A DNA stretch of 64,000 nt from the NCBI GenBank assembly GCA_025060135.1, contig JANXCY010000013.1:2203-66202 (forward strand), read 5' to 3'. The position numbers and the translations under genes are program-made. Each line of letters opens with the position of its first letter. Within the stretch, counting starts at the first letter, position 1. Source of the DNA: Anaerolineae bacterium (GTDB lineage: Bacteria > Chloroflexota > Anaerolineae > B4-G1 > DUEL01). The notes below the pieces were generated by a model. It saw only the letters and a list, made by a program, of their open reading frames with translations, was not told the origin of the DNA and made no database searches. Below are positions 55,622-64,000 of this stretch, one piece after another.

Positions 55622-56263
55622 ATGATGGCATCCCGAAGTCCGCGCCCGATCCTGTTGATGCTGGCTCTTTGCCTGCTGGCGGCCTGTCGGGGGGAGTCCT
55701 CGGGCGTTCTTTTTTACGACCGCTTCGGCAACCCCAACAGCGGCTGGGGGAGCGAAAGCCGGGAATCCTACGACCGGGGCTATCAGGAGGGAGAATACTT
55801 CATAGAAGTCTACGACCCCGACTGGTTCGTCTGGACCGGGCCGGGGAAGCGGTTCGGGGATGTGGTCATTGCGGCCGACGCCCGTCGGGTCTCCGGTGCC
55901 CCAGGAGGACACTTCGGCCTCATCTGCCGCTACCGGGCGCCGGCCAGTTTTTACTACTTTGCCATCACCGATGATGGCTACTATGCCATCATGCGGGTCC
56001 GGGACCGCCACCCCAAAATCCTCAGCGGCGCGGGTTTCCTGCCATCCTCCGAGATCCCAATAGGCGCGGCTGTCTACCATCTCCGCGCCGTCTGCCAGGG
56101 GGAGCGCCTCCAACTGTTCGTGAATGACCAGCTCATCGCATCCGTCGCGGATCCAACCTTCCAACGGGGCGATGTGGGCCTGGGCGTCGGCTCCGGGCCC
56201 CAGGGCTCCATCCGCGTCCATTTTGATAACTTCAAGGTGATCGCGCCGGAGGAGGAACCGTGA
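55622..56263 (+). CDS. Lipoprotein with a ConA/DUF1080-like beta-sandwich
   Basis: Lipobox LLAAC; LF.D.F....GW, FYYF.I..DG.Y, GDVGL, FDNF. Confidence 0.7.
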   Translation: MMASRSPRPILLMLALCLLAACRGESSGVLFYDRFGNPNSGWGSESRESYDRGYQEGEYFIEVYDPDWFVWTGPGKRFGDVVIAADARRVSGAPGGHFGLICRYRAPASFYYFAITDDGYYAIMRVRDRHPKILSGAGFLPSSEIPIGAAVYHLRAVCQGERLQLFVNDQLIASVADPTFQRGDVGLGVGSGPQGSIRVHFDNFKVIAPEEEP

Positions 56264-56892
56264 AACCCACTGGCCGACCAACGACAGGATACGGGATCCT
56301 GTGCCTGCTCGGCGCGGTGCTCCTGTTCAGCGCGTGTGCCCAGGAGAGCGGCCTACCGTGGGAGGAAGACTTCTCTGCCCCCGGCCCCTGGAAACTGGAA
56401 TCAGATGCCGCCGCCCAGGTGCGAATAGAAGACGGCGCGCTGCGCATCTCCATCACGGCTTCCAATCAACTGGCCTGGGCCTCAGCAGGAAAAGATCTGC
56501 GGGACTTCCGCCTGACGGTAGAAGCCTCCCAGGTCGCCGGGCCTGACGACAATGAATACGGCGTCCTGGTGCGAATGCAGGACCCCCGCAATTTCTACGC
56601 GTTCTCTATCAGCGGGGACGGATACTTCTTGGTGAGCCGGTTCGTGGACGGTACCCGTCAGCCCCTGGGGACCGACTGGACCCCCTCCGAAGCCATCTAC
56701 TCGGGAACCGCCACCAATACCCTGGAAGTCCTCGTCCAGGGGAACCGACTGACCTTCATCGTCAACGGCCAACCGCTGGCCCGAGTGGAAGACGACCGCT
56801 TTTCCCACGGCGACATCGGCCTCTATGCGGGCAGTTTCTACGAAGGAGGCGTGGAGGTCTGCTTTGACAACCTCCGGATCACCGCTCCGTAG
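56260..56892 (+). CDS. Paralogous lipoprotein with a ConA/DUF1080-like beta-sandwich
   Basis: Lipobox LFSAC; EDFS, FY.F.ISGDGY, GDIGL, FDNL; GTGA overlap with the upstream gene. Confidence 0.7.
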   Translation: MKPTGRPTTGYGILCLLGAVLLFSACAQESGLPWEEDFSAPGPWKLESDAAAQVRIEDGALRISITASNQLAWASAGKDLRDFRLTVEASQVAGPDDNEYGVLVRMQDPRNFYAFSISGDGYFLVSRFVDGTRQPLGTDWTPSEAIYSGTATNTLEVLVQGNRLTFIVNGQPLARVEDDRFSHGDIGLYAGSFYEGGVEVCFDNLRITAP

Positions 56893-56893
56893 G

Positions 56894-58684
56894 CTGGATG
56901 AGAAGGCACTGGCCCCGGGCGGTCTGGAATGGTTGGTGTTGCTGTTGACCGCTGCGCTGGCCTTCTTGGGCGCCCTCGGCCTGATTCTGGCCTACGAGGC
57001 CTGGTGTGCCGACCGCATTTACCCCGGCGTTTGGGTAGGAAATGTACCGGTCGGCGGGCTACGCCTGGATGAGGCAACCCATCGGCTCCGCGAACGCCTG
57101 GTCCTGCCCCCAGTCCGCCTGGTGGGCCCGGAACGGGCATGGGACGCTCCTGCCACCGATATGGGCCTGCACCTGCAGGCAGAGGCCACGGCCCGCGCCG
57201 CCTTCCAGGTGGGGCGCGGGCCGGAAGACGGCCCGATGACCCACCTCCTGATCCTCTTCACCGGGTATTCCGTTTCCCCCATCCTCTCCTATGATGAGTC
57301 CGCGGCCCGCCTCTATCTCCAGGCGCTGGCGAAAGGGATCGACATCCCGCCAGAAGACGCTACCCTCACCCTCCAAGGCCTGACACCGGTCTCCACCCCA
57401 GCCCGCCCCGGGCGCATGCTGGATGTGGAGGGAGCGCTCCTGGCTCTCCGTCAGTCCCTGCAGAATCCCTCCGGCGCCCGAGTAGAACTGGTGGTCCGGG
57501 AAGTTTTGCCGCAGATCGCCAGCGCGGAGGCCGCCCGGGCCCGTGCAGAAGCCCTCCTTTCCGAACCGTTCACCCTGCTGCTGCCCAACCCCCGCCAGGG
57601 CGACCCCGGCCCCTGGCCCCTGAGGCCGGAAGAACTGGCCCGAATGCTTACCACCACTGTCCAGGGGGGCCATCTCGCCGTCACCCTGGACCGGGAGGCG
57701 CTGCGGGCATTTCTGGAAAGCATTGCCCCTTCCCTGGCAATAGAGCCGGTGGATGCCCGGTTCCACTTGGACCGGCAGACAGGCCAATTGGTGCCCATTG
57801 CCCCTTCGTCGCCCGGGCGGGCCCTGGATGTGGAGGCCAGCATAGCGAATATCCTGGCAGCGGTCGCGGCTGGCCAGCACACCGCGCCCCTCACTGTACG
57901 CACCGTCCCTCCCCAATTCCCCGAAACCGCCACAGCGGAGGAACTGGGGATCCGAGAACTGGTGGCCGAAGGGGATTCGTACTTCATCGGCTCCCCCTCC
58001 GGCCGGGACCACAACATCCGCCTGGCCGCCAGCAAGTTTGACGGACTGGTCATCGCCCCCGGCGAGACCTTCTCTTTCAACCGCTACCTGGGAGAAGTGA
58101 GCCGAGAGGCAGGGTACGACGAGGCCTACGTTACCCTGGGGGAGCAACTGGCTATAGAGGTCGGCGGCGGCATCTGTCAGGTCTCCACCACCGCGTTTCG
58201 GGCCGCGCTGCGCGGCGGATATCCCATCCTGGAGCGCTGGGCCCACCACCATCGGGTGGGCTACTACGAACTGCGCGGCCACGGGCCGGGCCTGGATGCC
58301 ACTGTCTATGCGCCTCTGCTGGACTTCAAATTCGTCAACGACCGCCCGACCGCGCTACTGATAGAGACAGAGATAGAAGAAACCAACCACCGGCTGATTT
58401 TCCGCTTCTACTCCACCGATGACGGACGGCGCGTGGAGATCAAAGGCCCGATCATCACCGACGAGACAGAGCCAGGCCCGCCGATTTATCAACTGGACGA
58501 GAAACTTCCCCCAGGGACAGTGGTGGAATGGCAGACGGCGCAGAAGGGGCTAACGGCCAGAGTGGAACGGTGGGTGTACGATGCGGGGGGGAATCTGCTC
58601 TATCACAACGTGTTCGTCAGCAAGTACGCGCCGCGCCGGGCCGCCTACCGCTACGGTCCGGGCTACGAGCCGCCGTCGCCGTAG
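56894..58684 (+). CDS. VanW-family protein with PG_binding_4-like repeats (start uncertain)
   Basis: N-terminal TM helix, I.PGV.V...VGGL, NIRLAA, PGETFSFN, GGGICQVSTT.FRA, GLDAT, DFKF.N. Confidence 0.85.
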   Translation: MDEKALAPGGLEWLVLLLTAALAFLGALGLILAYEAWCADRIYPGVWVGNVPVGGLRLDEATHRLRERLVLPPVRLVGPERAWDAPATDMGLHLQAEATARAAFQVGRGPEDGPMTHLLILFTGYSVSPILSYDESAARLYLQALAKGIDIPPEDATLTLQGLTPVSTPARPGRMLDVEGALLALRQSLQNPSGARVELVVREVLPQIASAEAARARAEALLSEPFTLLLPNPRQGDPGPWPLRPEELARMLTTTVQGGHLAVTLDREALRAFLESIAPSLAIEPVDARFHLDRQTGQLVPIAPSSPGRALDVEASIANILAAVAAGQHTAPLTVRTVPPQFPETATAEELGIRELVAEGDSYFIGSPSGRDHNIRLAASKFDGLVIAPGETFSFNRYLGEVSREAGYDEAYVTLGEQLAIEVGGGICQVSTTAFRAALRGGYPILERWAHHHRVGYYELRGHGPGLDATVYAPLLDFKFVNDRPTALLIETEIEETNHRLIFRFYSTDDGRRVEIKGPIITDETEPGPPIYQLDEKLPPGTVVEWQTAQKGLTARVERWVYDAGGNLLYHNVFVSKYAPRRAAYRYGPGYEPPSP

Positions 58685-59511
58685 CGCTCCAGAAACTCCG
58701 CCAGCGCCTCCTCCCATGGCCGAAGGATGATGCCCAGCGCAGCCGCGGCGGTATTCGCCAGCGGCGAAAAGCGCGGCGGCGTGGAATCCCGCCGGAACTG
58801 GTCCAGAGTGATGGGCTCCACAGGGACATGCTCCCGTCCGCTGTGGCGGAGGATGACCCGGGCGAACTCATAACGGGAACAGTAGCCGCTGTTGGTCAGG
58901 TGATAGATGCCCCAGGCACCAGTGCGGATCAGCGCGACCAGCGCGGCTGCCAAGTCGGGCGCGTAGGTGGGGTTACTCACCTCATCGGCCACCACGCGCA
59001 GCGCGCCGCGTTCGTCGGCCAGTTGGAGGATGCGGTGGGGGAAGTTCCGTCCGCCCGGCGCGTAGAGCCAGGCTGTCCGCACGATATAAAAGCGGGTCAA
59101 CAGGTGGGAGACCAGCCACTCCCCCGCCGCTTTGGAGCGGCCATAGGGGTTGATGGGGCGGACGGGGTCCCATTCCCGGTACGGCTCCGTCGCCGTCCCG
59201 TCAAAGACCTCATTGGTGCTAATGTAGACCATGGCCGCGCCGACCTCTGCACAGGCCAAGGCGACGTTCTGGGTGCCCAGCGCGTTGACCCGGTAGGCCC
59301 GCTCCGGGTCCCGAGCACAGCCGTCCACGTCGGTCCAGGCGGCGGCGTGGATCACCACCTCGGGCGCGCAGGCAACAATGGCAGCCCGAATCGCCGCCCG
59401 GTCCGTGATGTCCACCTCCGGCAGGTCGCATCCGGAAACAGCCTCTCCCGCCAGCGCGGCCTGCAGTGCCCGGCCCAGTTGCCCCTTCTCCCCTGTGATG
59501 AAGACCCGCAT
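58663..59511 (-). CDS. rfbD: dTDP-4-dehydrorhamnose reductase
   Basis: ITG..GQLG, HAAA.T.VD, IST..VFDG, PINPYGRSK (YxxxK), RTAWLY, PTY..DLA. Confidence 0.92.
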   Translation of the reverse strand: MRVFITGEKGQLGRALQAALAGEAVSGCDLPEVDITDRAAIRAAIVACAPEVVIHAAAWTDVDGCARDPERAYRVNALGTQNVALACAEVGAAMVYISTNEVFDGTATEPYREWDPVRPINPYGRSKAAGEWLVSHLLTRFYIVRTAWLYAPGGRNFPHRILQLADERGALRVVADEVSNPTYAPDLAAALVALIRTGAWGIYHLTNSGYCSRYEFARVILRHSGREHVPVEPITLDQFRRDSTPPRFSPLANTAAAALGIILRPWEEALAEFLERYGDGGS

Positions 59512-59516
59512 GTCTC

Positions 59517-61319
59517 CTATTCTTCTTCCAGCCGCAGAATGGCCAGAAACGCCTCTTGGGGGAGCACCACCTGCCCGAACTGCTTGAGCCGCTTCTTCCC
59601 CGCCTTCTGCTTCTCCAGCAGTTTCCGCTTCCGAGTAACGTCGCCGCCGTAGCACTTCGCCAGGACGTCCTTCCGCAGTGCCCGTACCGTCTCCCGGGCG
59701 ATAATGCGGCTCCCAATGGCGGCCTGGATGGGCACCGGGAACAACTGGCGGGGAATAACTTCTTTCATCTTCCGCACCAGTGCCGAACCCTTCTCGTAGG
59801 CCTGGTCGCGATGGACGATGAGCGCCAGCGCGTCCACCGGCTGTTCGTTGACCAGGATGTCCATCTTGACCAGGTCGCCGGGCCGGTAGCCCTCAAAGGT
59901 GTAGTCCATAGAGGCGTAGCCCCGGGTGGCCGACTTCAGCCGGTCGTGGAGGTCCACAATCATCTCGGAGAGGGGCATGTGGAACGTGAGCACCACCCGC
60001 TGGCTATCCAGATACTCCGTCGTCTCATACTGGCCCCGGCGACGGGTAACCAGTTCCATCACCGGCCCGATGTAGGCGGCAGGGGTAAAAATCTGGACTT
60101 TCATCCAGGGCTCCCGGATTTCCCGGACCACCGATGGGTCGGGCAGGTCGGCGGCGCGGGAGACCTCCAGCACCTCCCCCCGGGTAGTAACCACCTGGTA
60201 GGCGACGCTGGGAGCAGTGGCGATCAGGTCCAGGCCATACTCTCGCTCCAGCCGCTCCTGGACGATTTCCATGTGAAAAAGGCCCAGGAAACCGCAGCGA
60301 AAGCCGAATTGCAGCGCCTGAGAGGTCTCCGGCTCAAAGGTCAGGGCCGCGTCGTTGAGACGGAGTTTCTCCAGCGCCTCCCTCAAGTCCTGGTAGTCCT
60401 CCGCCTCCACCGGGTAGAGACTGGCGAAGACCATGGGCTTGGCCGGGCGGTAGCCAGGGAGGGGCTCTTCCGCCGGACGAGCGGCATCGGTCAGGGTGTC
60501 GCCCACGCGGCACTCGCGGACGGTCTTCAGGCCGGTGGCGATGTAGCCGACCTCGCCGGTCTCCAGCCGACCCGTCGGCTGCATCCCGGGGGTGAAGACG
60601 CCAATCTCCACCGGTTCGGTCTCCAGGCCGGTAGCCATAAGCATCAGCCGTCGGCCCTTCTCCACCACGCCGTCCACCACGCGCACGTAGGCAACAACGC
60701 CTTTGTAGGAGTCGTAGTGAGAGTCAAAGATGAGGGCTCGCAGGGGGGCATCGGGCCGGCCCGAGGGCGGGGGGATTTTCTGGACGACCGCCTCCAGCAC
60801 GGCCGGGACGTTGGTCCCTTCTTTGGCGGAGACCCGCAGGACCTCCTCAGTGGGGACACCCAGCAGGTCGGCCACCTCCTTCGCCACTTCGTCGGGCCGG
60901 GCAGCGGGAAGGTCGATTTTGTTGACAACGGGGATGATTTCCAGCCCGGCCTCCAGGGCCAGGTAGAGGTTGGCCATCGTCTGGGCCTCAATACCCTGAG
61001 AAGCGTCTACCACCAGCAGCGCGCCCTCGCAGGCCGCCAGCGCGCGGCTCACCTCGTAGGAGAAGTCCACATGGCCGGGGGTATCTATGAGGTTCAATTC
61101 GTAGCTCTGACCGTCGGCGGCGCGGTAGGTCATCCGCACCGCCGACGCCTTGATGGTAATCCCCCGCTCCCGCTCCAGGTCCATAGAATCCAGGACCTGC
61201 TCGGCCATCTCTCTCGGGGAGATGGTACCGGTCAGTTCCAGGAGCCGGTCGGCCAGTGTGGATTTGCCATGGTCAATGTGGGCGATGATGCAGAAATTGC
61301 GGATAGATTCCTGGCCCAT
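59517..61319 (-). CDS. lepA: Translation elongation factor 4
   Basis: [54 protein letters not shown]. Confidence 0.97.
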   Translation of the reverse strand: MGQESIRNFCIIAHIDHGKSTLADRLLELTGTISPREMAEQVLDSMDLERERGITIKASAVRMTYRAADGQSYELNLIDTPGHVDFSYEVSRALAACEGALLVVDASQGIEAQTMANLYLALEAGLEIIPVVNKIDLPAARPDEVAKEVADLLGVPTEEVLRVSAKEGTNVPAVLEAVVQKIPPPSGRPDAPLRALIFDSHYDSYKGVVAYVRVVDGVVEKGRRLMLMATGLETEPVEIGVFTPGMQPTGRLETGEVGYIATGLKTVRECRVGDTLTDAARPAEEPLPGYRPAKPMVFASLYPVEAEDYQDLREALEKLRLNDAALTFEPETSQALQFGFRCGFLGLFHMEIVQERLEREYGLDLIATAPSVAYQVVTTRGEVLEVSRAADLPDPSVVREIREPWMKVQIFTPAAYIGPVMELVTRRRGQYETTEYLDSQRVVLTFHMPLSEMIVDLHDRLKSATRGYASMDYTFEGYRPGDLVKMDILVNEQPVDALALIVHRDQAYEKGSALVRKMKEVIPRQLFPVPIQAAIGSRIIARETVRALRKDVLAKCYGGDVTRKRKLLEKQKAGKKRLKQFGQVVLPQEAFLAILRLEEE

Positions 61320-61360
61320 CGGTTCTCATTTTAACAAGGGCAGGGGGATTGTCAAGCGAT

Positions 61361-61397
61361 AAAAAAACCGCATGACCTGCGGAGGGGCCATGCGGTT
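61361..61397 (-). terminator. Intrinsic terminator after the csp-RRM genes
   Basis: AACCGCATG/CATGCGGTT stem with A7 on the plus strand. Confidence 0.75.
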
Positions 61398-61424
61398 GGG
61401 GTTATCGGCAGAAGCGGATCGGGT

Positions 61425-61721
61425 TTAATAGCGTCGCCGTTCCCGGCGCCGTTCTCCTCGCGGCTCCCGGGCTTCCTGCGGGCGCGCTTCGGCCACCCGA
61501 ATGGAGCGCCCGTCCACCATCCGACCATTCAACTGGTGGATGGCGTTCTGAGCCGACTGGTGATCGGCCATTTCCACGAAGCCAAAGCCCCGGGATTGGC
61601 CGGTCATCCGGTCGGTAACGATGCTCACCGAGACCACCTCCCCCACCGTCTGAAACAGACTGGCTAAGGTGGCCTCGGTCGTGGCGTAACTGAGATTCCC
61701 GACATACAGCCTGGTAGCCAT
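61425..61721 (-). CDS. RRM RNA-binding protein
   Basis: RNP2 LYVGNL and RNP1 RGFGFVEM. Confidence 0.93.
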   Translation of the reverse strand: MATRLYVGNLSYATTEATLASLFQTVGEVVSVSIVTDRMTGQSRGFGFVEMADHQSAQNAIHQLNGRMVDGRSIRVAEARPQEAREPRGERRRERRRY

Positions 61722-61760
61722 CGCTCCTCCTGCGGCCCCAAGGCCGCTCTATGCATCGGC

Positions 61761-61970
61761 CTACAGGACACGCACCTGAGTGGCGTGGAGTCCCTTGGGG
61801 CCTCGCTCTACAGCGAATTCCACTCGCTGGCCTTCGCGCAGCGTGCGGAATCCGTCCCCCTGGATAGCGGTGTAGTGGACGAAGACGTCCTCACCGTTGT
61901 CCTGGGAGATAAAACCGTACCCCTTGGCATCGTTGAACCATTTCACGGTTCCGGTCACTTTACTGCTCAC
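61761..61970 (-). CDS. Cold-shock protein (CspA family)
   Basis: [21 protein letters not shown]; GTG start after AAGGAGG. Confidence 0.95.
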   Translation of the reverse strand: MSSKVTGTVKWFNDAKGYGFISQDNGEDVFVHYTAIQGDGFRTLREGQRVEFAVERGPKGLHATQVRVL

Positions 61971-62106
61971 GTCTGCTACCTCCTTCAGGTATGGAAACAA
62001 CAGATTTCCGGCGAAGCGTTCCGCCCATACAAAAAAGACCACCCGGCCTCCGCAAGCCTGGGTGGTCTTTTCAGACGGAACCAGAACTTACTTCGCCTTA
62101 CATACA

Positions 62107-62134
62107 AGTATATCACAGTTTGCCAGAAAGTCAA
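62107..62134 (-). promoter_or_regulatory. csp promoter
   Basis: TTGACT, 16 nt, TATACT with TG extension; gives a leader of about 130 nt. Confidence 0.6.
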
Positions 62135-62240
62135 ACGGCAGCAAAAACCTGAGGGATTTCATCGCCGCTGCTGGACGTTGCCGTCTCAGCGTATCGCCGC
62201 GCGGGGAGGCGGTGGGATCAGGGTGTTGGGGGATGGTTGG

Positions 62241-62498
62241 TTAATCCGGCTTTGGCCGCTTCCAGAAGCAAATCATCTGCTGGGAACGAAAGGTAACCTG
62301 GACCAGTTCCCACCCTTGCTCGCCCGGGCCGTTCAGGACGGCCTCCACGGCGCGCAGGAACGGGTCTCCAGCATCAAAGTAGCAGATACCCTCCGTGTCG
62401 CAGTAGAGCATCGGCGGCACCTGGGCCACCGGTCCTTCCAGCCAGCCCAACACCTCTTCTGCGCTATGCACCGTCACCCGATATTGCCAGCGGTTCAT
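62241..62498 (-). CDS. Small hypothetical protein (DUF4177-like)
   Basis: MNRWQY...LN..G..GWELVQ...FWKRP. Confidence 0.65.
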   Translation of the reverse strand: MNRWQYRVTVHSAEEVLGWLEGPVAQVPPMLYCDTEGICYFDAGDPFLRAVEAVLNGPGEQGWELVQVTFRSQQMICFWKRPKPD

Positions 62499-62552
62499 GG
62501 ACGACCTCTCTTCTATGCGACCTGCTTCCTGCACCTTATGATCCGCGAGCGG

Positions 62553-64000
62553 CTATAGCACCATCGGCTCCCGGTAGAGACCAAAGACCCCCCGGAAGAT
62601 GTCCATGATTTCCTGCAGGGTGGCGTAGGCGCGGACGGCGTTGAGGATATGTGGCATGACGTTCTCCGTCCCCTGGGCGGCGATGCGCAGCCGGTCCAGC
62701 GCCTGCCCCACCGCGCCGTTATCCCGTTCCGCCCGCACCTGAGCCAGCCGTTGGCACTGCCGCCGGTAGCCTTCAGGGTCCATTTTCAGAAGGGGCACCT
62801 GAAGGGGTTCTTCGGCCACGAATTCGTTGACTCCAACGATAATCCGCCGCCGTTCATCAATCTCCCGCTGGTAGCGGTAGGCGGCGTCGGCGATCTCTCT
62901 CTGGAAGAAACCAGCCTCAATGGCCGGGATGACACCACCCAGTGCCGCAATACGGGCGAAGTACTCGTAGGCCTGCCGCTCCAGCCGGTCGGTGAGGGCT
63001 TCTATAACGTAGGAACCACCCAGTGGGTCCACGGTGTTGACCACGCCCGATTCGTGGGCGATAATCTGCTGGGTGCGCAGTGCGATGGTCACGGCGAACT
63101 CGCTGGGCAGCGCCAGCGCCTCGTCCAGCGAGTTGGTGTGCAGCGATTGCGTCCCGCCCAAGACCGCTGCCAGGGCCTGAATGGCGACGCGGACGATGTT
63201 GATCTCCGGCTGCTGGGCAGTAAGCGTGCATCCAGCAGTCTGGGTGTGGAAACGCATCCACCAGGAGCGGGGATTCTTGGCTCCAAAAGTATGGCGCATC
63301 TCGCGCGCCCAGATGCGGCGGGCAGCCCGGAATTTGGCGATCTCTTCCAGAAAGTCGTTGTGACAGTTAAAAAAGAAAGAAAGGCGCGGAGCAAACTCAT
63401 CGATATCCAGACCACGCCGCAGGCACCACCGAACGTACTCCATCCCATCGGCCAGGGTGAAGGCCAGTTCCTGCGCGGCGGTCGCTCCGGCCTCCCGGAT
63501 GTGGTACCCGCTGATGCTGATCGGATTCCACCTGGGGAGATACCGGCTGGCGAACTCTATGGTGTCCGTCACCAGCCGCATAGAGGGCTCCGGCGGGAAG
63601 AGGTACTCTTTCTGGGCAATATACTCTTTGAGGATGTCGTTCTGGATGGTACCGCCCAGTTGGTCCATCCGGACCCCCTGCTTCTCCGCCGCCGCAATGT
63701 ACATGGCCCAGATGACCGCCGCCGGACTGTTGATGGTCATGGACGTGGTGACCTGATCCAGCGGGATACCGTCAAAGAGAATTTCCATGTCCTTCAGCGA
63801 CGAGACAGCGACGCCGCACTTGCCGAACTCCCCCTCCGCTTCCGGGGCGTCGGTGTCGTAGCCCATGAGGGTGGGCAGGTCAAAGGCTACCGAGAGGCCG
63901 GTTTCCCCGTGGGCCAGCAGGTACTTGAAGCGGGCGTTGGTCTCCTCAGCGGTGCCAAATCCAGCGAACATCCGCATCGTCCACAGCCGCCCCCGGTACA
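62553..64000 (-). CDS. Acyl-CoA mutase large (substrate-binding) subunit, isobutyryl-CoA-mutase-type; 5' end off the window
   Basis: [59 protein letters not shown]; no B12-binding domain in this ORF. Confidence 0.88.
   Translation of the reverse strand, partial: YRGRLWTMRMFAGFGTAEETNARFKYLLAHGETGLSVAFDLPTLMGYDTDAPEAEGEFGKCGVAVSSLKDMEILFDGIPLDQVTTSMTINSPAAVIWAMYIAAAEKQGVRMDQLGGTIQNDILKEYIAQKEYLFPPEPSMRLVTDTIEFASRYLPRWNPISISGYHIREAGATAAQELAFTLADGMEYVRWCLRRGLDIDEFAPRLSFFFNCHNDFLEEIAKFRAARRIWAREMRHTFGAKNPRSWWMRFHTQTAGCTLTAQQPEINIVRVAIQALAAVLGGTQSLHTNSLDEALALPSEFAVTIALRTQQIIAHESGVVNTVDPLGGSYVIEALTDRLERQAYEYFARIAALGGVIPAIEAGFFQREIADAAYRYQREIDERRRIIVGVNEFVAEEPLQVPLLKMDPEGYRRQCQRLAQVRAERDNGAVGQALDRLRIAAQGTENVMPHILNAVRAYATLQEIMDIFRGVFGLYREPMVL

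Noticed and set aside
1-64000. CRISPR array, prophage, integrase, transposase or reverse transcriptase
   Set aside because: No regularly spaced repeats or recognisable protein motifs were seen.

Overview
High-GC bacterial chromosome segment. Gene content and protein style suggest an anaerobic Chloroflexota/Anaerolineae-like organism (inference). No prophage, integrase, transposase, CRISPR array or rRNA was seen. Content: a family 1 encapsulin with ferritin-like cargo, arsM, nfnAB, a SEDS-PBP fusion, rarA-xseB, a tungsten-type AOR behind a Moco/Tuco-like RNA leader, dksA-lspA-rluD-rodZ, a 4-subunit VOR-type oxidoreductase, tRNA-Sec, a GH36 enzyme, two Hsp20s, argF, rdgB, glmM, an AGPS-like flavoenzyme, an LCP protein, yqeB, menA, a 12.4-kb array of six GT-C membrane glycosyltransferases, VanW, rfbD, lepA, csp/RRM genes and an ICM-type acyl-CoA mutase. 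Strongest second-look items: (1) the GT-C array with a shared C-terminal beta-sandwich domain and mosaic GC content; (2) an intact SEDS polymerase fused to a PBP lacking all three catalytic motifs; (3) a 25-bp-armed palindrome inserted in-frame in a membrane-protein gene, with similar repeat scars elsewhere; (4) an apparent ATT start codon; (5) a GTAG-REP-like motif shared by the menA and resB leaders. All calls were made by eye; no searches were run.
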